This document shows, one piece after another, positions 61,730 to 64,000 of a stretch of 64,000 bases of DNA. The notes under the pieces are model-generated. The model ran no database searches, was not told the DNA's origin, and saw only the letters and a list, made by a program, of their open reading frames with translations. The translations under genes and the position numbers were made by a program. Source of the DNA: Nageia nagi (lineage: Eukaryota; Plantae; Pinophyta). Position 1 is the first letter of the stretch. Each line of letters begins with the position of its first letter. The stretch covers positions 125,612,001-125,676,000 of the forward strand of contig JBITNC010000001.1 of the NCBI GenBank assembly GCA_050084985.1, written 5' to 3'.

Positions 61730-64000
61730 AATGGTACAAGGCGAGAAAGGAATAACCAAGCATTTGGAGCACCTAGATGATCTGAAGGAAATATGGGAGA
61801 TCAAAGAGGTGGAGAAGGATTGAATCTAATAAGGAATCAGCCTCGAAAAGGAATTCGAGAGGAGACTAGAGGAATTATCTATAGGAAAGCTGAAGTAAAC
61901 TTTATTATGAATATTAAGGATGATTTTTTAGATAAGAATCTTGGAAAACTACAAAAGTGTGTGATTGGTAAGTTTATAGGTTAGTGGTTAGGCTTATCAT
62001 CTCTAAAGGAAATGGTAATAGAAATATGGGACTTGCAAGGTAAGGTAAGCTTTTCCATCCTACCAAAAGGGTTTTTTGCAGTGTACTATGAGCTAGAAAT
62101 CAACTTATCACATGTCCTAGATGATGATATGTGGTTTATAGGTAACTTAGGTTTATTTACAAAATGGTGGTATGATGGATTGAACCTTTAATAGATAATA
62201 TAGCAACAATCCCAATATGGGTGTGTCTCTTTGGCCTTCCCTAGCATCTTTGGACCTTGAAAATAGTGAGATTAATAGGAAACTCCATTGGGGATTTATC
62301 AAAATAGATGAGAATTTTGAGATAAAAGAGAATGCACTCACTACAAGAATCTATGTTAAAATGAATGTTCATGAGTCTTTTCTAGAAGATATCAAGATTA
62401 ATACTAAGTTATTAGAATGGATACAAACATTGGATTATGGGATAATCCCCTTTAGGTGTAGATGGTGTAGAGAAATATGTCACTCAGCTTTTTGTTGTCC
62501 TATGAATTAGGAGGAAAAGATACACTTTTACAATATCTATAAAAACCCTGATCATGAGGATAAAGAATGAAAACAAAAGAATAAGAAACCTTGGGAAAAA
62601 ATTAAGGTGTGTAAACCTAGTAAGAATGAAGGGGAATGTTTAACTCAACTTGTTGAAAATAAAAGGGATGTTATGGTAGAGTTTCAAGGAAATGTCTATA
62701 GATTAACCCCAAGTCTAGAAGACCTCACTAAAAAGCCCTTCTTCCTCCCCACTTCAAATGAAATGGACCCCAAAATCCTATGCAATAATGAAAATAAAGT
62801 TTAAAACAATTTGAAGATGAAATCCCCTCTTAATTAATGAAACATAATAGAATGTATCAGATGAGGATACCCAAGAGGGTGAGATTGATGATGATGTTGA
62901 AAATCAAGAGGAAGGATTAGAAATTATAGGGAAAGACCCTAATAATGTTAATCTAAATGTTGAACCTTCTATAGATTCAAAATAGGGTAAAGGTAGAAAA
63001 ATAAAATAGTCCTCTAAGGATAATGATACAAAGAATGGCATTCCCAACATCAAGTATCAATTTAACATAAAGAGAACAACATAGTGTGGCATAAATCCAA
63101 AAGAAGGAGGGAACATTAGAATCAAGGAGGCTAGATATTTGGAGTAGAGTGTAGGTGGTAAATCCATCAGGAGAAAGCTAAAATGCTGATCATCTCATGG
63201 AACATCTAGGGTTATAGCTTACCTAGAAAATAAAAAGTTACGAGAAATTTATGTAAGTCATACAAACCAGATATCCTTATCTTGTAAGAAACTAAAGTAA
63301 AAGAACACCAATGAAGTAGCTTCAAATAAAAGATTTGGAGAAACTTAGGACTTGAAACTATCAATGCGATTGGGAAGTAAGGTGGTCTTGCCATTTTATG
63401 GAACCCATCCTCAATAAATATTCCAAGAATTTCTTGTGATTTTAGATGATGTATTATTGTTAGAGTTGAATGCATCCAAAGTAAGTTCTCTTTCTTTCTT
63501 TCAAATATATATGCTCCCAATATGCTAAGTGAAAGGAAAAAGTTCTGGAATTTTCTTAAGGGGTATAGAAGAAGTTTTGGTGCATAACCATGGCTTCTTG
63601 GTGTATATTTTAATACTCCATTAAATTTAAAATACAAATATAGAGGATGAGTAAACTTAACAAGAGGTATGTTATATCTAAAAAGTTTCCTTAATGAAGA
63701 AAGGTTGATTGACTTACCTCTAAAAGGTCATAAATACACCTAGTCTAATAGAGGGATTGGTAAGAATTTCATCCAAAGAAGGTTGGACAAGATGGTTTTC
63801 ACAGCAGAGTGGCTTAATACATATCAGAACTTTAATCTCACTTCCCTATCAAGGTTTTCCTTAAATTCCTATTCGTTGATATTAAGCATGGAATCATGAC
63901 ACAAAAATGCCTTGTTCAGATTTGAATTTATGTGGATGACTCATCCAAAATTTAAAGAAAATATAAAAACCTAGTGGAACCAAGATATTCAAGGAACAAC
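61730..64000 (+). mobile_element. L1-type LINE 5' part (ORF1 and endonuclease), decayed, cut by the window edge
   Basis: CVIGKFIG, LPKGFFAV, DYGIIPFRCRWC...H....CP zinc knuckle. ORF2 starts near 63183 (MLIISWNI), then YAPN, KRLDK, FRFEFMW. Confidence 0.88.

Overview
AT-rich, CpG-depleted plant nuclear DNA, most likely a conifer/gymnosperm (inferred from a Dryad-like Penelope element and a Tat element with PR-aRH-RT order). Bases 1-37,400 are a five-level retroelement nest: L1-type LINE fragment <- Tnt1-like Copia (249-36854) <- large Tat-type Gypsy with 5.5/4.1-kb LTRs (963-32896) <- integrase-deleted Copia (7865-21951, minus) <- younger Ogre/Retand-like Gypsy with a tRNA-Trp primer site (8473-17510, minus). 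LTRs, PBS/PPT and target-site duplications (TSDs) can be read for most of them. About 37.4-42.8 kb is LTR-like debris holding a CpG-rich ~1-kb insert with a decayed unknown ORF. One intact host gene lies on the minus strand (43167-52388, 9 exons, 324 aa, probable plastid membrane protein of unknown function). Its intron 5 holds Penelope-like RT and GIY-YIG fragments, and a full-length decayed LINE with a 19-bp TSD sits about 360 bp upstream of its ATG. A second LINE runs off the right edge. The most unusual signals are a ~3-kb coding region inside both LTRs (U3) of the Tat element, several templated local duplications at break junctions, and the unidentified CpG-rich insert. All identifications come from reading and recall; no searches or alignments were run.
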